Under the pieces are notes generated by a model. It worked only from the letters and a program-made list of their open reading frames with translations, searched no databases and was not told where the DNA came from. Shown piece after piece: positions 1 to 9,052 of a DNA stretch of 54,218 bases (position 1 is the first letter of the stretch; every line of letters starts with the position of its first letter). The stretch is from a virus (lineage: Duplodnaviria > Caudoviricetes). The position numbers were made by a program, and so were the translations under genes. The stretch covers positions 1-54,218 of IMG/VR virus record IMGVR_UViG_3300037478_000320; one strand, given 5' to 3'.

Positions 1-79
1 GGAGGGCGAGCGACTTCATCGCCGGGATCGGTCCGACGCGGAGTTTAACCCCGCCGTCTAGCGCCTTCGTCGAGACCAT
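1..79 (-). CDS. 5' end of probable tail assembly chaperone (runs off the window)
   Basis: ATG at 79 directly follows the tail tube stop; reads MVSTKALDGGVKLRVGPIPAMKSLAL; call from synteny only. Confidence 0.5.
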   Translation of the reverse strand, partial: MVSTKALDGGVKLRVGPIPAMKSLAL

Positions 80-514
80 TTAGACCAGCGATCCGCCGAC
101 GTGGACGTTGAGCTGGGCGCAGAGCAGTCCCCACTCACGTCCGCTGGCGGCGTCTCCATAGTCGATGTTCGCGAGGCGAACGAGGCGGGCGACTGGCGAG
201 GCCACCAGCGTAGTGCCGAGGAGATTCTTCATCATCACCGGTCCGAAGCCTGAGCGAAACAGCTTGTCATCCCTCGCCGCAGCGGAGAGCAGATCGTTGG
301 TGTCCGACTCGGCCTTGAGAGTGAAACGGACGGTGCCACTCTCGTCGGGGTTGTAGACGTAAGTAATATCCCCGGCGGCGCCGGCCACCATCGACCAAGC
401 ATCGACACTGCGCTCGACGTTGACGAAGGTGCCAGACATGACTCCGACGATCGGAATCTTACGCCACGTCAGAACAATCGCCGAGGGATCGTAGGTCTTG
501 GGTACTCCGGGCAT
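80..514 (-). CDS. Tail tube protein (DUF3277-like)
   Basis: 144 aa, TYDP start and G.V..TL...S..N..L pattern; follows the sheath gene. Confidence 0.8.
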   Translation of the reverse strand: MPGVPKTYDPSAIVLTWRKIPIVGVMSGTFVNVERSVDAWSMVAGAAGDITYVYNPDESGTVRFTLKAESDTNDLLSAAARDDKLFRSGFGPVMMKNLLGTTLVASPVARLVRLANIDYGDAASGREWGLLCAQLNVHVGGSLV

Positions 515-525
515 TCAGTTTCTCC

Positions 526-1869
526 TTAGACCGAGACCAGTCCGGTGATCTTGCTGACCTTGTGAATGGCGCCGGCTCGAGTCGCCTCCCACGAGATATC
601 AGGGAGCAGTCGAGCCGACTTGTTCGCCGTCGAAACGTCGGCGACTTTGGGGACGGTGATAACGGGCTCGGGGTCTGCGGCGAGAATTCCCTGGGCGATG
701 GCACGGTCGAGCGAGCCGCGCACTTCGTTCTCGATGGTGGCGACGCCGGGATCGGTGTACGGGATCTTTTTGGCGAACAGGATCGCAGCGAAGACCGAAG
801 TGCCCATGTCGTCTTCGATCCAGTCGTCTCCGGTGGTGACGTCGATGTAATCGCCGTCGCCGCGCTTGCCCTCCCAGGTGAACGAGCGGCCAACCTCGCT
901 CTTGAGGTAGTTGGCGTCCCGGTTCTGAATGTTGGTGCGCTGGGTCGTCGAGAGCTTCGGCGCCGCCACCCCAGCGAGCTCCTGGTAAGCCCAGGTGATA
1001 GTGCCGGGCAGGGCGGGTAGGCACTTGCCGAGGACACGAGCGCCGAGCATGTCGGCCGGGCTCGGGTGGTAGTAGCCCGAGCTTCGCTTGTAGCTGTTGG
1101 CCTGAATGTCCTCGAGGGCGTCGGTGGCCGAACCTACGACAACGGTAGCGGCGCTCGAGTCATTGACATCGGGGATGTAAACCTTCGTCTCGGTCTCACA
1201 CCACGCGGCGGCGGCGGCGACGTAAGCGATCGAGTTGTAGAGCGTGTAAAGCCCGTACCAACCGGAGTCAGCTTCGTTGATTGCGGCCAAGTCGGTGGCG
1301 AGGGTGGGGGTCGGCTCGGCGTGGTCCTCGACGATCGAGAGGTCAGCGAGGTTAAGAACCTCGAGAGAGAACCACTCGCCGGCGGCGTCCGCGGTGACGT
1401 CGAACGTTCCGTCAGCGCCGGTATCGTCGACCGTGTAGTTCGCCCCGACGACAGCTTCAAGCGCGGTCTCGAAGGAAGCCGCAATAGTCGCGACCGTGTC
1501 AGCGCCGTCCGCGGTGACTTCAACCAGGGTCGAGGTCACGCCTTCGCCCTCGACCTGGATCTGATAGACGTGATCTTCGGTAGCGTGGAGGACTTCGAGC
1601 GCGAAGTTCTTGGTAGGCTTGCCTCCGGAGCGGCCGATAGCGATCTTCGCGGGGCGCGGAGACTGCGCGAACATGCCCGACGCGGCGAGGTACTCGGGGC
1701 TGGTGGTGACGGAGAAGTCTGACGCGACCTCCGTCAGATTGCTGTAGAACCGGATCCGCTCCGCGAAGCTGGCGTTGCAGCTCAGAATCATCGGAACGTT
1801 CTGAACGGTCTTATCCACGGCGCCGCCCGTGGTGGAGATCTCAATGTCAACATGATCAGTCAGCGCCAT
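526..1869 (-). CDS. Tail sheath protein (DUF3383-like)
   Basis: 447 aa; F.QSPRP..I.IGR, YID...G.DW, KIPYTD.G, AGAIH.V motifs typical of this myophage sheath family. Confidence 0.9.
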   Translation of the reverse strand: MALTDHVDIEISTTGGAVDKTVQNVPMILSCNASFAERIRFYSNLTEVASDFSVTTSPEYLAASGMFAQSPRPAKIAIGRSGGKPTKNFALEVLHATEDHVYQIQVEGEGVTSTLVEVTADGADTVATIAASFETALEAVVGANYTVDDTGADGTFDVTADAAGEWFSLEVLNLADLSIVEDHAEPTPTLATDLAAINEADSGWYGLYTLYNSIAYVAAAAAWCETETKVYIPDVNDSSAATVVVGSATDALEDIQANSYKRSSGYYHPSPADMLGARVLGKCLPALPGTITWAYQELAGVAAPKLSTTQRTNIQNRDANYLKSEVGRSFTWEGKRGDGDYIDVTTGDDWIEDDMGTSVFAAILFAKKIPYTDPGVATIENEVRGSLDRAIAQGILAADPEPVITVPKVADVSTANKSARLLPDISWEATRAGAIHKVSKITGLVSV

Positions 1870-1913
1870 TGGTTACCCTTTCGGTACGATACTTGCATGG
1901 TGGGGTGTCAGAG

Positions 1914-3203
1914 TTAAGCCAGGGGATTGGAGGGCACGTAAATCGACGCCCCGTCATTCTCTATCTCCACGAATTCAATAAGGGAACCCGGCTCTGACAC
2001 GTCAGAGAACATCGATAGCGTCACGTCGACCTGAGCCCGGGGCTCAAAGACGGAGCCCATGACTCCGCCGATATGCTTGACGGAGCCCGACCGGAGATAA
2101 CCGACGCCGGCGGCCTGGAACGCGGCCTGTTGCGTCGGCAGAGCGGCGAGGGCGAGCGTCTTGTCAAGCCTGGCGGCGGAGTTCAGGGCGCCTGTGGCGG
2201 CGCCGTCGAAGCACTGAATCGAGAGCACGATCTCTCGCGGTCCGCGTGAATGGAACGTGACGTCATCGCCGTCTTCGACCGTGTCTGACCAGTCGGGTCC
2301 GTTGCGGTTGACGGCGACGATCTTCAGGGTGGCGTGCGTGCCTTCCGGTCGGGGAGAATTCTGACCGGACCAGATGACCTTGGCTTCGGCGAGTCCCGTG
2401 CCACGAACTACCCAGGCATGAATCGCGTTCTCAATCGTTGTCCAGAAGGGGTGCGACGTCTCGTCATCAAACGATGCATTTAGGATCTCGTCGATCTGGG
2501 CGTCCGTCAGCGCCGGTTTGCCCTGACCCCATGCTGCGAAGTAGCTACACCGATAACCAACAGCTACGCTGGCCGATGTATGAGCGCCGATAGACAGCCC
2601 GCCTCCGGTGACAATCTCCATCGGTGTCCACGGTGCGACCCCGCCCAACACCGGCCCGCCGTCCACTTTGGCGCGGATGGAATAGAGACCAGCGTTGGGG
2701 TCGATCGTGGTAATGACGCTGGCCCACTGCTCCGCGATGGCTGCTATGGCAGGCAAGGTAAACGACTGCACTCCCACCGCGTCTGCGTCGTCAGTGAGGA
2801 TTCCTATTGTGGCCAGGTTGGACAGCTCGCGACACGGTGTGTACCAGCGACCGCCGCCGCTTGCCCTCTTGCCGAAGAACGGGGCGTTATTGGTAAACGC
2901 CGCCGGCATCATGACCCGAGCCCACACCGAGACCGGCCCGGTCACGACATCGCCGAGATCGGTGTCTGGACAGAGCAGGTGCGCGGATCCTCCGGGGAAT
3001 TCGACCGCCTTCCGTCCGCCGTCACCATCGACGCCAAACGTGATTCCTGCCGTTCCCTCAGGGGTAAAGTGCAGTCCTCCGCCCGTCCAGTCCTCCGCCT
3101 CAGAAGAGCCTTCGTCGTCCTGTAGCGCAAGGCCGACGCTCGGAACGTCGGCGCTATAGCTGTCGGCCCAGTCGGTCGCGCTCTCGGGGCAGCGAGTTTT
3201 CAC
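1914..3203 (-). CDS. Tail terminator/neck protein with N-terminal LamG/ConA-like domain
   Basis: C-terminal ~180 aa (VIWSGQNSPRP...FEPRAQVDV) resembles tail-completion proteins found before the sheath; N-terminal ~245 aa has a LamG-like pattern (AVEF.G, SVWARV, LSIGA, ALTDAQI). Confidence 0.65.
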   Translation of the reverse strand: MKTRCPESATDWADSYSADVPSVGLALQDDEGSSEAEDWTGGGLHFTPEGTAGITFGVDGDGGRKAVEFPGGSAHLLCPDTDLGDVVTGPVSVWARVMMPAAFTNNAPFFGKRASGGGRWYTPCRELSNLATIGILTDDADAVGVQSFTLPAIAAIAEQWASVITTIDPNAGLYSIRAKVDGGPVLGGVAPWTPMEIVTGGGLSIGAHTSASVAVGYRCSYFAAWGQGKPALTDAQIDEILNASFDDETSHPFWTTIENAIHAWVVRGTGLAEAKVIWSGQNSPRPEGTHATLKIVAVNRNGPDWSDTVEDGDDVTFHSRGPREIVLSIQCFDGAATGALNSAARLDKTLALAALPTQQAAFQAAGVGYLRSGSVKHIGGVMGSVFEPRAQVDVTLSMFSDVSEPGSLIEFVEIENDGASIYVPSNPLA

Positions 3204-3529
3204 TCGACCACCTTCGCCACGTACGCGCGCCAGTGAGTGTCACCGAAGGCTTCCCACTTCTCGGAGCGGAAGACCTCGAAGGAGTCGTCTCCGATCGCGA
3301 GCTTGTCTTTCAGGAGTAGCTCCGTCACGGTGAAGACCGCTTTGATCTCCTCACCGTGGCGGGACTCGGGGAGCGTCATCAGCTCGTGACCTCGGACGGG
3401 TTGCACGACGGCGTCGATCGAGAACGTCGAATCGGAGCCGGGAACGAAACGCCCCGCGACATGCGAGCCGGCGGCGGTCCGCGTGACCGTGTAAGAACCG
3501 GTCTTCAAGCTGTCGATGACTTCGATCAT
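3200..3529 (-). CDS. Head closure/head-tail joining protein
   Basis: 109 aa, VTR...G...G...VQP...L..LPE pattern; synteny. Confidence 0.7.
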   Translation of the reverse strand: MIEVIDSLKTGSYTVTRTAAGSHVAGRFVPGSDSTFSIDAVVQPVRGHELMTLPESRHGEEIKAVFTVTELLLKDKLAIGDDSFEVFRSEKWEAFGDTHWRAYVAKVVE

Positions 3530-3975
3530 TCGACGTCACTGGTGATAGACGGGACTAGCCGACCGGTGTCGATCAGCGGCTTCGATGACTTCTTTTTCTC
3601 GATCGTCGCTGGGGCGTTCTCGGGGGTGAGACCGGCGGCGATTCTCGCTTTCACTTTCGCTTCGGCCCACACACCGACGCGCTTGAACGCCGTCTTCCAG
3701 TTCGCTCGACCTGCGAGAACAAGCTCTGCCTGCTTGGCGATGAAGTCATTGAACTCGCGCTGAAACTCAGGATCGTTGAACGTGGTGCGAAGCGGGGCGC
3801 GCTCGGGAACACCCGCTCGCTCGGAGCCGTACTCGTTGATCGCCAATAGCTCGGCCATCGACAACCCGTCACCGTGATCGCCAGCGCCTTGGAGAGCCCC
3901 GACCTTCGCCTTAGTCGTCTTGGCGTGCTTCAGGCTCGTGGCGAGCTTGCGCCACTTGGTGTCATCCCAGGTCAA
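3526..3975 (-). CDS. Neck/tail completion protein (HK97 gp10-like)
   Basis: NEYG...VPER..LR and NAPATIEKKKSSKPLIDTG.L motifs. Confidence 0.8.
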   Translation of the reverse strand: MTWDDTKWRKLATSLKHAKTTKAKVGALQGAGDHGDGLSMAELLAINEYGSERAGVPERAPLRTTFNDPEFQREFNDFIAKQAELVLAGRANWKTAFKRVGVWAEAKVKARIAAGLTPENAPATIEKKKSSKPLIDTGRLVPSITSDVE

Positions 3976-4325
3976 ATGACCATCGGCGCCTTGGTCGCCG
4001 GGGGAAGCAGCGACCGGTAAATCTTGCCGTAGGGCGTAGCGTCGAATAGCGGGTGGCTCCCAGTCGGTGAAAACGCCGCAAACTGGCGGGTAATGCCTCC
4101 GGCAGCTTCCATCGTCATGGGTCCGCCAATGCCGACACCCTTACGTCGGACAACCTCCCCGTGGTGAGCGGCGAGGTACGTTCGCGCGAGCTTTAAGCGC
4201 TCGTCGGAAAACAGCGACTCTTTCAGAGCCGTGTTGACGTGATCGAGGATCAGAGTCTGCGCGGCGGTCGCCACCGACGAGAGGTCGGGCGCGACAGCCT
4301 CGACGTCGGCCCAGGTGATCGCCAT
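3972..4325 (-). CDS. Head-tail adaptor (DUF4054-like)
   Basis: YLAAH and T.YG..Y motifs, 117 aa. Confidence 0.75.
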   Translation of the reverse strand: MAITWADVEAVAPDLSSVATAAQTLILDHVNTALKESLFSDERLKLARTYLAAHHGEVVRRKGVGIGGPMTMEAAGGITRQFAAFSPTGSHPLFDATPYGKIYRSLLPPATKAPMVI

Positions 4326-4329
4326 GACG

Positions 4330-4674
4330 CTACCTCTTGAGGGTTAGGTGTGCCGAGAGGGTGCCGCTGCCACTGGCGCCCGCGTACTTGAGCATCAGCC
4401 ACCGGTGCGGGAGACTTTCGATGACGATGGACGAGTTGTCAGCGGAGCCTGCGGGATCGCCAGGGTCCTCGGTCATAGCGTCCCAGTCGTCATCGTCTTC
4501 GACGCTAGGGTTGACGAGTTCGCTCGAGAAAAGCTCGAGGGTCCCGGTCGGAGTCCCGGTCCAGTCGAACCGCAGCGCCGCCTTCGAATACGCGACGACT
4601 CCGATCCGAACGCGCTCGGTGCTGTCGTCGACGTCGAGCTCGTCCCAAGGGACATCGAGACGGTACAGGTCCAC
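4330..4674 (-). CDS. Hypothetical virion protein, beta-rich
   Basis: 114 aa between the capsid and adaptor genes, tightly packed in the operon. Confidence 0.6.
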   Translation of the reverse strand: MDLYRLDVPWDELDVDDSTERVRIGVVAYSKAALRFDWTGTPTGTLELFSSELVNPSVEDDDDWDAMTEDPGDPAGSADNSSIVIESLPHRWLMLKYAGASGSGTLSAHLTLKR

Positions 4675-4686
4675 TCAGACAACTTT

Positions 4687-5622
4687 CTAGAAGTCGTCGG
4701 CGTAGGCCATCGACTTCGGGTAGTAGAGCTCGACGCCGCCGATCCGCGCCTCACAGAAGGTGGTGATCAGGTAGCCTCGCGCCTGCGGAGCGAGCTGAGT
4801 GAACTCCTTCGGGATGATGAGCTGGAGCTTGTCCTCGGAGCGCTTGTAGCAGACCGAGCGAGTGATGCTGCCTCCGGCGCCGGCGGTCTCGAGTTTCTTG
4901 GAGAACTCGATGTTCTTGACGCTGAGCGAGTTCTTGAGGAAGTGCTGGAGAACAGTGGTGCTGTCGCCGTCGCCGATGCGGGTGGTCTTGACCCTCTCCT
5001 GAAGGGAGAGCGGCAGGATCATCGTGTCGGGCTGCTCGACCTCGTCGGTGGTGTCGATGATCTTGCTCTCGAAGGCGAACAGATCGACCAGCATCTCGAT
5101 CGCATTCTTATCGGCGAACTTCTTTGTCCCCAGGGCACCGACCGCCGGCGTATAGGTGACGGTGTTGCTCTGGTTGAGCAGACCCAGGAGCCCAGTCTCG
5201 GCGTGACCGTTGAAAGCGATCTCGTCGAATAGCTGCTCGGTGGCGCGGCGGGCGGCCATCGCCTTACGGGCGTCGAGCGGCAGACCAGCGAGGCGAGCCG
5301 CGCGGATCTCCTGCAGGGTGTAGAAGTACTTGATCGAGCTGCCGAAGACGTCGTGAGTAAACTCACCCGACTTGATGTCGGCCACCGGAGCATCCTCGCC
5401 CTGGTTCTTCGACAGAACGGCCGCGCCGGTCGCCTCGTACTGCGAGTAGCGAACGGTCTCGGCGCCCTCATCGACGCTGCCGTCGACCGGAACCAGACGC
5501 CGCCCCTTCAGTTCAGGGAACTGAATGTCGTAGGATTTCCCGCGCACGTGCTCGAGCTGCCGGGAGAGGAAGGCCGACTCGCTGGCGTCGAGGCGGAGCT
5601 CGGGAAACTGAAATTCGGGCAT
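4687..5622 (-). CDS. Major capsid protein (DUF2184/HK97 fold)
   Basis: Likely start MPEFQF at 5622; Y...EI.AA...G.PLD..KA.AA, AF.G....GL.GLLN and GGV..YYP motifs. Confidence 0.9.
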   Translation of the reverse strand: MPEFQFPELRLDASESAFLSRQLEHVRGKSYDIQFPELKGRRLVPVDGSVDEGAETVRYSQYEATGAAVLSKNQGEDAPVADIKSGEFTHDVFGSSIKYFYTLQEIRAARLAGLPLDARKAMAARRATEQLFDEIAFNGHAETGLLGLLNQSNTVTYTPAVGALGTKKFADKNAIEMLVDLFAFESKIIDTTDEVEQPDTMILPLSLQERVKTTRIGDGDSTTVLQHFLKNSLSVKNIEFSKKLETAGAGGSITRSVCYKRSEDKLQLIIPKEFTQLAPQARGYLITTFCEARIGGVELYYPKSMAYADDF

Positions 5623-5635
5623 TCTGGTTTGTCCT

Positions 5636-6034
5636 TTAGAGATAGCGGCACTCGAGAACGAGTCGGCCGGCCGGCAGGGTTGCGGTCGCGGCCTCTTCGA
5701 GGTTGAGAGAGACTTCGTCATCGGCTGCGAAGACTTGTTTCGCGTCGCCCGAGAGAGTGAGCTCGACCCAGGTAGCCGCGGTCAGGGTTCCCTCTTCACC
5801 AGTCTCCGTTGACCAGCTCGCGGCGACGTCGGTCCCTTCTTTCAAGACCTGAACGTCAAAGAAGTTGGTGGCGTCTTCCGCGAGACCGGTCGGGTTGATG
5901 TACTGAGCACGATCGATGCGCCATGCACGACCGAGCTTCGCGATGGCGATCTCGGTGGTCTCCGTGACCTGACCGTGCTCGAACGGTCCTAGTACGAACC
6001 GCTCCATCGTCTCTTCGTTTGGTCGTCGTGACAT
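5636..6034 (-). CDS. Hypothetical head-associated protein
   Basis: 132 aa acidic, beta-rich ORF between the decoration and capsid genes. Confidence 0.6.
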   Translation of the reverse strand: MSRRPNEETMERFVLGPFEHGQVTETTEIAIAKLGRAWRIDRAQYINPTGLAEDATNFFDVQVLKEGTDVAASWSTETGEEGTLTAATWVELTLSGDAKQVFAADDEVSLNLEEAATATLPAGRLVLECRYL

Positions 6035-6046
6035 TCAGTTCACGCC

Positions 6047-6553
6047 TTACGCCTCGTTGGTGAAGTCGACTTCGATGACGGTCAGGCCGCCGGCGTCCGT
6101 GGTCTCGCGGAAGAGACCCTGACCGGTGGCGTCGATCATGTCGGTGCTGTCGTCGCCGACCTCGAGGGCTCCGAGGACCTCGCCACCGCCGGCGACCGCG
6201 CGAACCCAGAGGCGGCTGACGTGAGCGGTCGTCGCCTCTTCGGCGGTGACGATCATCTTGCCGCGGCGAAGGATCGTGAACATGACGCCGGGCTTGAGAC
6301 CGGTGTCGCCGAGCTGCGAATCCTTCGCGTAGTCGTGAGAGTGAATCACGAGACCCGCGACCACGTCGTTCTCAGTGGCCGGAAGGAGAACCTCTCGATC
6401 GCCGGTGCCCCAGCAAACGGCGAGACCAAAGGAAATCTCCGCACTCGACTCCTCACTGATGACGGTCTCGACGACGTCGCCGGACTGCTCGAGACGCTGG
6501 CCGGGGAAACCGCGGCTGTAGGTCTGCGAATAGGTGGTCTGCTTACTGGCCAT
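6047..6553 (-). CDS. Capsid decoration/cement protein
   Basis: 168 aa; GFPGQ, I.FG.AV and I.R.G...V motifs; position before the capsid gene. Confidence 0.7.
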   Translation of the reverse strand: MASKQTTYSQTYSRGFPGQRLEQSGDVVETVISEESSAEISFGLAVCWGTGDREVLLPATENDVVAGLVIHSHDYAKDSQLGDTGLKPGVMFTILRRGKMIVTAEEATTAHVSRLWVRAVAGGGEVLGALEVGDDSTDMIDATGQGLFRETTDAGGLTVIEVDFTNEA

Positions 6554-7127
6554 CGTTGGTCACCTTCCAGGCGTTGCGGTTGCGCTCGATCATTGCGTCC
6601 CGACGAGCCTTCTCGTCGGTCAGGGCGTCGGCCCGACCGCCACCGCGAGCGGCGGCGATGGCCTTCAGGGACTCTTCGGCGCGCTCGATCGCGGAGTCGT
6701 AGCGAGCGGTCACGTAGTCGTCGGACTTGGTGTCATCGATGACGACGTCCTCACCGTCGACCTTGCGAATGACAGCGACGCGGAGGTCGCGATCACTCAT
6801 GGACTCGATACCGTCCTCGCTGCCGAGAATGTTTTTGGCCTTCGACTCGAGGTCGACCCGGGCGCGGACCGCGGCGGCCACCGTCTGATCGGCAGCGGCG
6901 CGGGCTTTCTTCTCGTTCGACAGCTGGGTGTCCAGTCCGTCGGCGCGGGCAACGGCCTGATCGCGCTCCTTGCGGAGCTTCGCGAGGGCATCGCTCTCGG
7001 AGTCGGCGCGGGCGTTGTCGCGCTCCTTGCGGGCGTCGTCTCGCTCCTTCTCGGCGGCGTCGGCCCGCTCCTTCTCGGCCTTCACGCGCTCGAGCGCGGT
7101 GGCGAGTTCGGCTTTCAGTTTCTCCAT
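6543..7127 (-). CDS. Scaffolding protein (coiled coil)
   Basis: E/K/R/A-rich coiled coil with SDDYV.ARYD and terminal AW motifs like the C-termini of DUF2213 proteins. Confidence 0.7.
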   Translation of the reverse strand: MEKLKAELATALERVKAEKERADAAEKERDDARKERDNARADSESDALAKLRKERDQAVARADGLDTQLSNEKKARAAADQTVAAAVRARVDLESKAKNILGSEDGIESMSDRDLRVAVIRKVDGEDVVIDDTKSDDYVTARYDSAIERAEESLKAIAAARGGGRADALTDEKARRDAMIERNRNAWKVTNDGQ

Positions 7128-7802
7128 TTAAAGACTCCTGAGGGTGTCGAGGTAGCAATCAGCCAGAGGCATGAGAGCGTCAATGCGCGCCTGCCTGGCG
7201 GCGCACTCGGAACAGTCGGGGGGCGTCGGTGCGGGGTCGGACATCACCGCGGTGTCTGCGCCGTCGGCGGCGTCCATGCGAACGCGGGCGGCCTCACCGG
7301 CTCGGGCGATGTCAACGATCGCGACGTGGTTGCCGCGAATGTTGGTTTGCTTGGCGTCGTAGAGCTCGCCGTCGGGCGTAACGCCGGGGGTGTCGTCGAG
7401 GTCGACCGTGTAGCCGCAGGAGAGCTGAACCTTGCCGGCGTTCATCTTGGCGACGGTGCCAGCGTCGTAAACGACTAGCCCCGCGGCGACGAAGTCACCG
7501 TCTTGACGAACGCTCTCCCCGACCGAACCAACGGCGAATTTCCTGGCGTTGTTCGCGTCAACGGAAACGGGCGGGTGATCATCGGTGACCGGGACCATTT
7601 CGAATGACGCCAGAGAATCTTTGTTGAAGACCTCTTCAGCAGGGCGGTATTCACGACGCTCGGTTCCGTCAGAATTCTTGTAACGAAAGACTCCGGTGCG
7701 GGTCAGCAGTCCGTCGACGCGGAGGCGCCCGTCCCCGAGCCGTTTGGCCGGGCGGAGCGATCCAAAGTCAAGACGAAACGCCATCTGCAATGACCGTGCC
7801 AC
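7128..7802 (-). CDS. Prohead protease (DUF2213)
   Basis: RTGVF.Y, R...EVF...SL.SF...PVT.DHP, LSCGY and NHVAIV..ARAG motifs. Confidence 0.9.
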   Translation of the reverse strand: MARSLQMAFRLDFGSLRPAKRLGDGRLRVDGLLTRTGVFRYKNSDGTERREYRPAEEVFNKDSLASFEMVPVTDDHPPVSVDANNARKFAVGSVGESVRQDGDFVAAGLVVYDAGTVAKMNAGKVQLSCGYTVDLDDTPGVTPDGELYDAKQTNIRGNHVAIVDIARAGEAARVRMDAADGADTAVMSDPAPTPPDCSECAARQARIDALMPLADCYLDTLRSL

Positions 7803-7853
7803 GTTTGGCGACTACGGTTAAGCAGAAAGTGTGCCAGCACACAAACTGGCGTG

Positions 7854-8246
7854 TTATTCCCAGGTTAGGCAGCGAAGTCCAGCACTCTCGACGACCTCGT
7901 GCCAGCGTTTCCAGCGCTCCGTGGACGCGAAAACAGCGGCTCCTGGATAGAGCTCACCGGACTCCACGAGCGACCGGAGCAGGGCGCTGGCGAGGGTCGC
8001 ACCGATACCCTGACCGCGGTGACGCTCGTCAGTGAAGGCTCCGATGACGGGGAGCACGTCGATCTCCATCGTCAGAATCGCCCACCCGATCATGGTGTCG
8101 CCGTCGAAACCGAGCGCCGCCCAGGTCGAGCCGTCGCTGAACGTCCACGACCAGGCGCCCCATGAGATTGGGCCCAGCGATAGCTGTCGGATCCTGACCT
8201 TGTGACCAACGGCGACGTCGGACATCTTCGAGATCGAGATGTTCAC
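7854..8246 (-). CDS. GNAT-fold acetyltransferase
   Basis: Acetyl-CoA motif A: FTDERHRGQGIGATL. Confidence 0.7.
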   Translation of the reverse strand: MNISISKMSDVAVGHKVRIRQLSLGPISWGAWSWTFSDGSTWAALGFDGDTMIGWAILTMEIDVLPVIGAFTDERHRGQGIGATLASALLRSLVESGELYPGAAVFASTERWKRWHEVVESAGLRCLTWE

Positions 8247-9052
8247 GACAGCACGTCAGTCGCGGTGTCGAAGACGGGCTCCGCCCAGCACCTACAAAGT
8301 ACGGGCTCGCCGGGGAGCTCGCCGTGCGGCGGGTTATCGTAAGAGAAGCGCTTGCCCTCTAGGTGGTAGTGGCTCGGGCGCGCGGATGGGAAAGCGCCGC
8401 CGGGCGTACCGCGCACGCGGCGATCTCGCGACGTGCGCCAGATGAACTCTTTGACGCCGAGATCCTTCTGTCGGGTGGCGTTGGTTTGCCCGTAGAACTT
8501 GCCGACCTGGTCGCGGGCGATCAGCTTCGCGCGCTTGCGTCCGAAGCCGTACTCCGCCGAGACGTCTTTCGCGATGTCGCGGTGGAGCTTTCCTGACGTG
8601 ACTCCGCGAGTGACGACCCCTCCAACCTTCGCCGCGACGTCGAGCGGGATGCGTCGGATTAGCTGCGTGTTCTCCGCAACGAAGCCCTCCATCGTCGAGG
8701 CGAGCCGGCGGTCATTGATGAAGACGTCAACTCCGAACGCGGCGCGGATCTGCCGGGCGAGCTGACTTTTCTGGTGGATCTGCACGGCGTTCGCGAACCG
8801 AAGCGCCAGGTTCTCGATCTCCTCGTTGCTGAGTGAGCGCCGGAGCACGCTCTCGGCGAGGGCGATTAGCTCTTGGATTCGGGTGGCCTCGCCGGCGTCG
8901 GCGCGCTCGGCTCTGTTGTCCTCGAGGAGTCTAGGGAGCTCTACGAATAGCGGCTCGAAGACGATCTCGACCCGACGCACGTATCCTGCGAGCGCTCGCG
9001 CGTAGTCCTGCGCGATGCGCGCGGGTAGCTGCTGACGTGGTAGACGCTTCAC
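8243..9052 (-). CDS. Head morphogenesis protein (Mu gpF/SPP1 gp7 family)
   Basis: RAKLIARDQ, W.TS.D.RVR...H and PG....CRC motifs. Confidence 0.9.
   Translation of the reverse strand: MKRLPRQQLPARIAQDYARALAGYVRRVEIVFEPLFVELPRLLEDNRAERADAGEATRIQELIALAESVLRRSLSNEEIENLALRFANAVQIHQKSQLARQIRAAFGVDVFINDRRLASTMEGFVAENTQLIRRIPLDVAAKVGGVVTRGVTSGKLHRDIAKDVSAEYGFGRKRAKLIARDQVGKFYGQTNATRQKDLGVKEFIWRTSRDRRVRGTPGGAFPSARPSHYHLEGKRFSYDNPPHGELPGEPVLCRCWAEPVFDTATDVLS

Noticed and set aside
4348-7478. Long antisense and alternate-frame ORFs (e.g. 4348-5232, 6534-7478; also 43035-44090)
   Set aside because: They are shadow ORFs expected opposite high-GC genes, with no motifs
6543-7802. Programmed stop-codon readthrough or recoding fusing protease and scaffold (TAA-ATG in frame)
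   Set aside because: The same stop-then-start adjacency occurs at 79/80, 27420/27421, 35154/35155 and 40684/40685 with all three stop codons, so it looks like ordinary translational coupling
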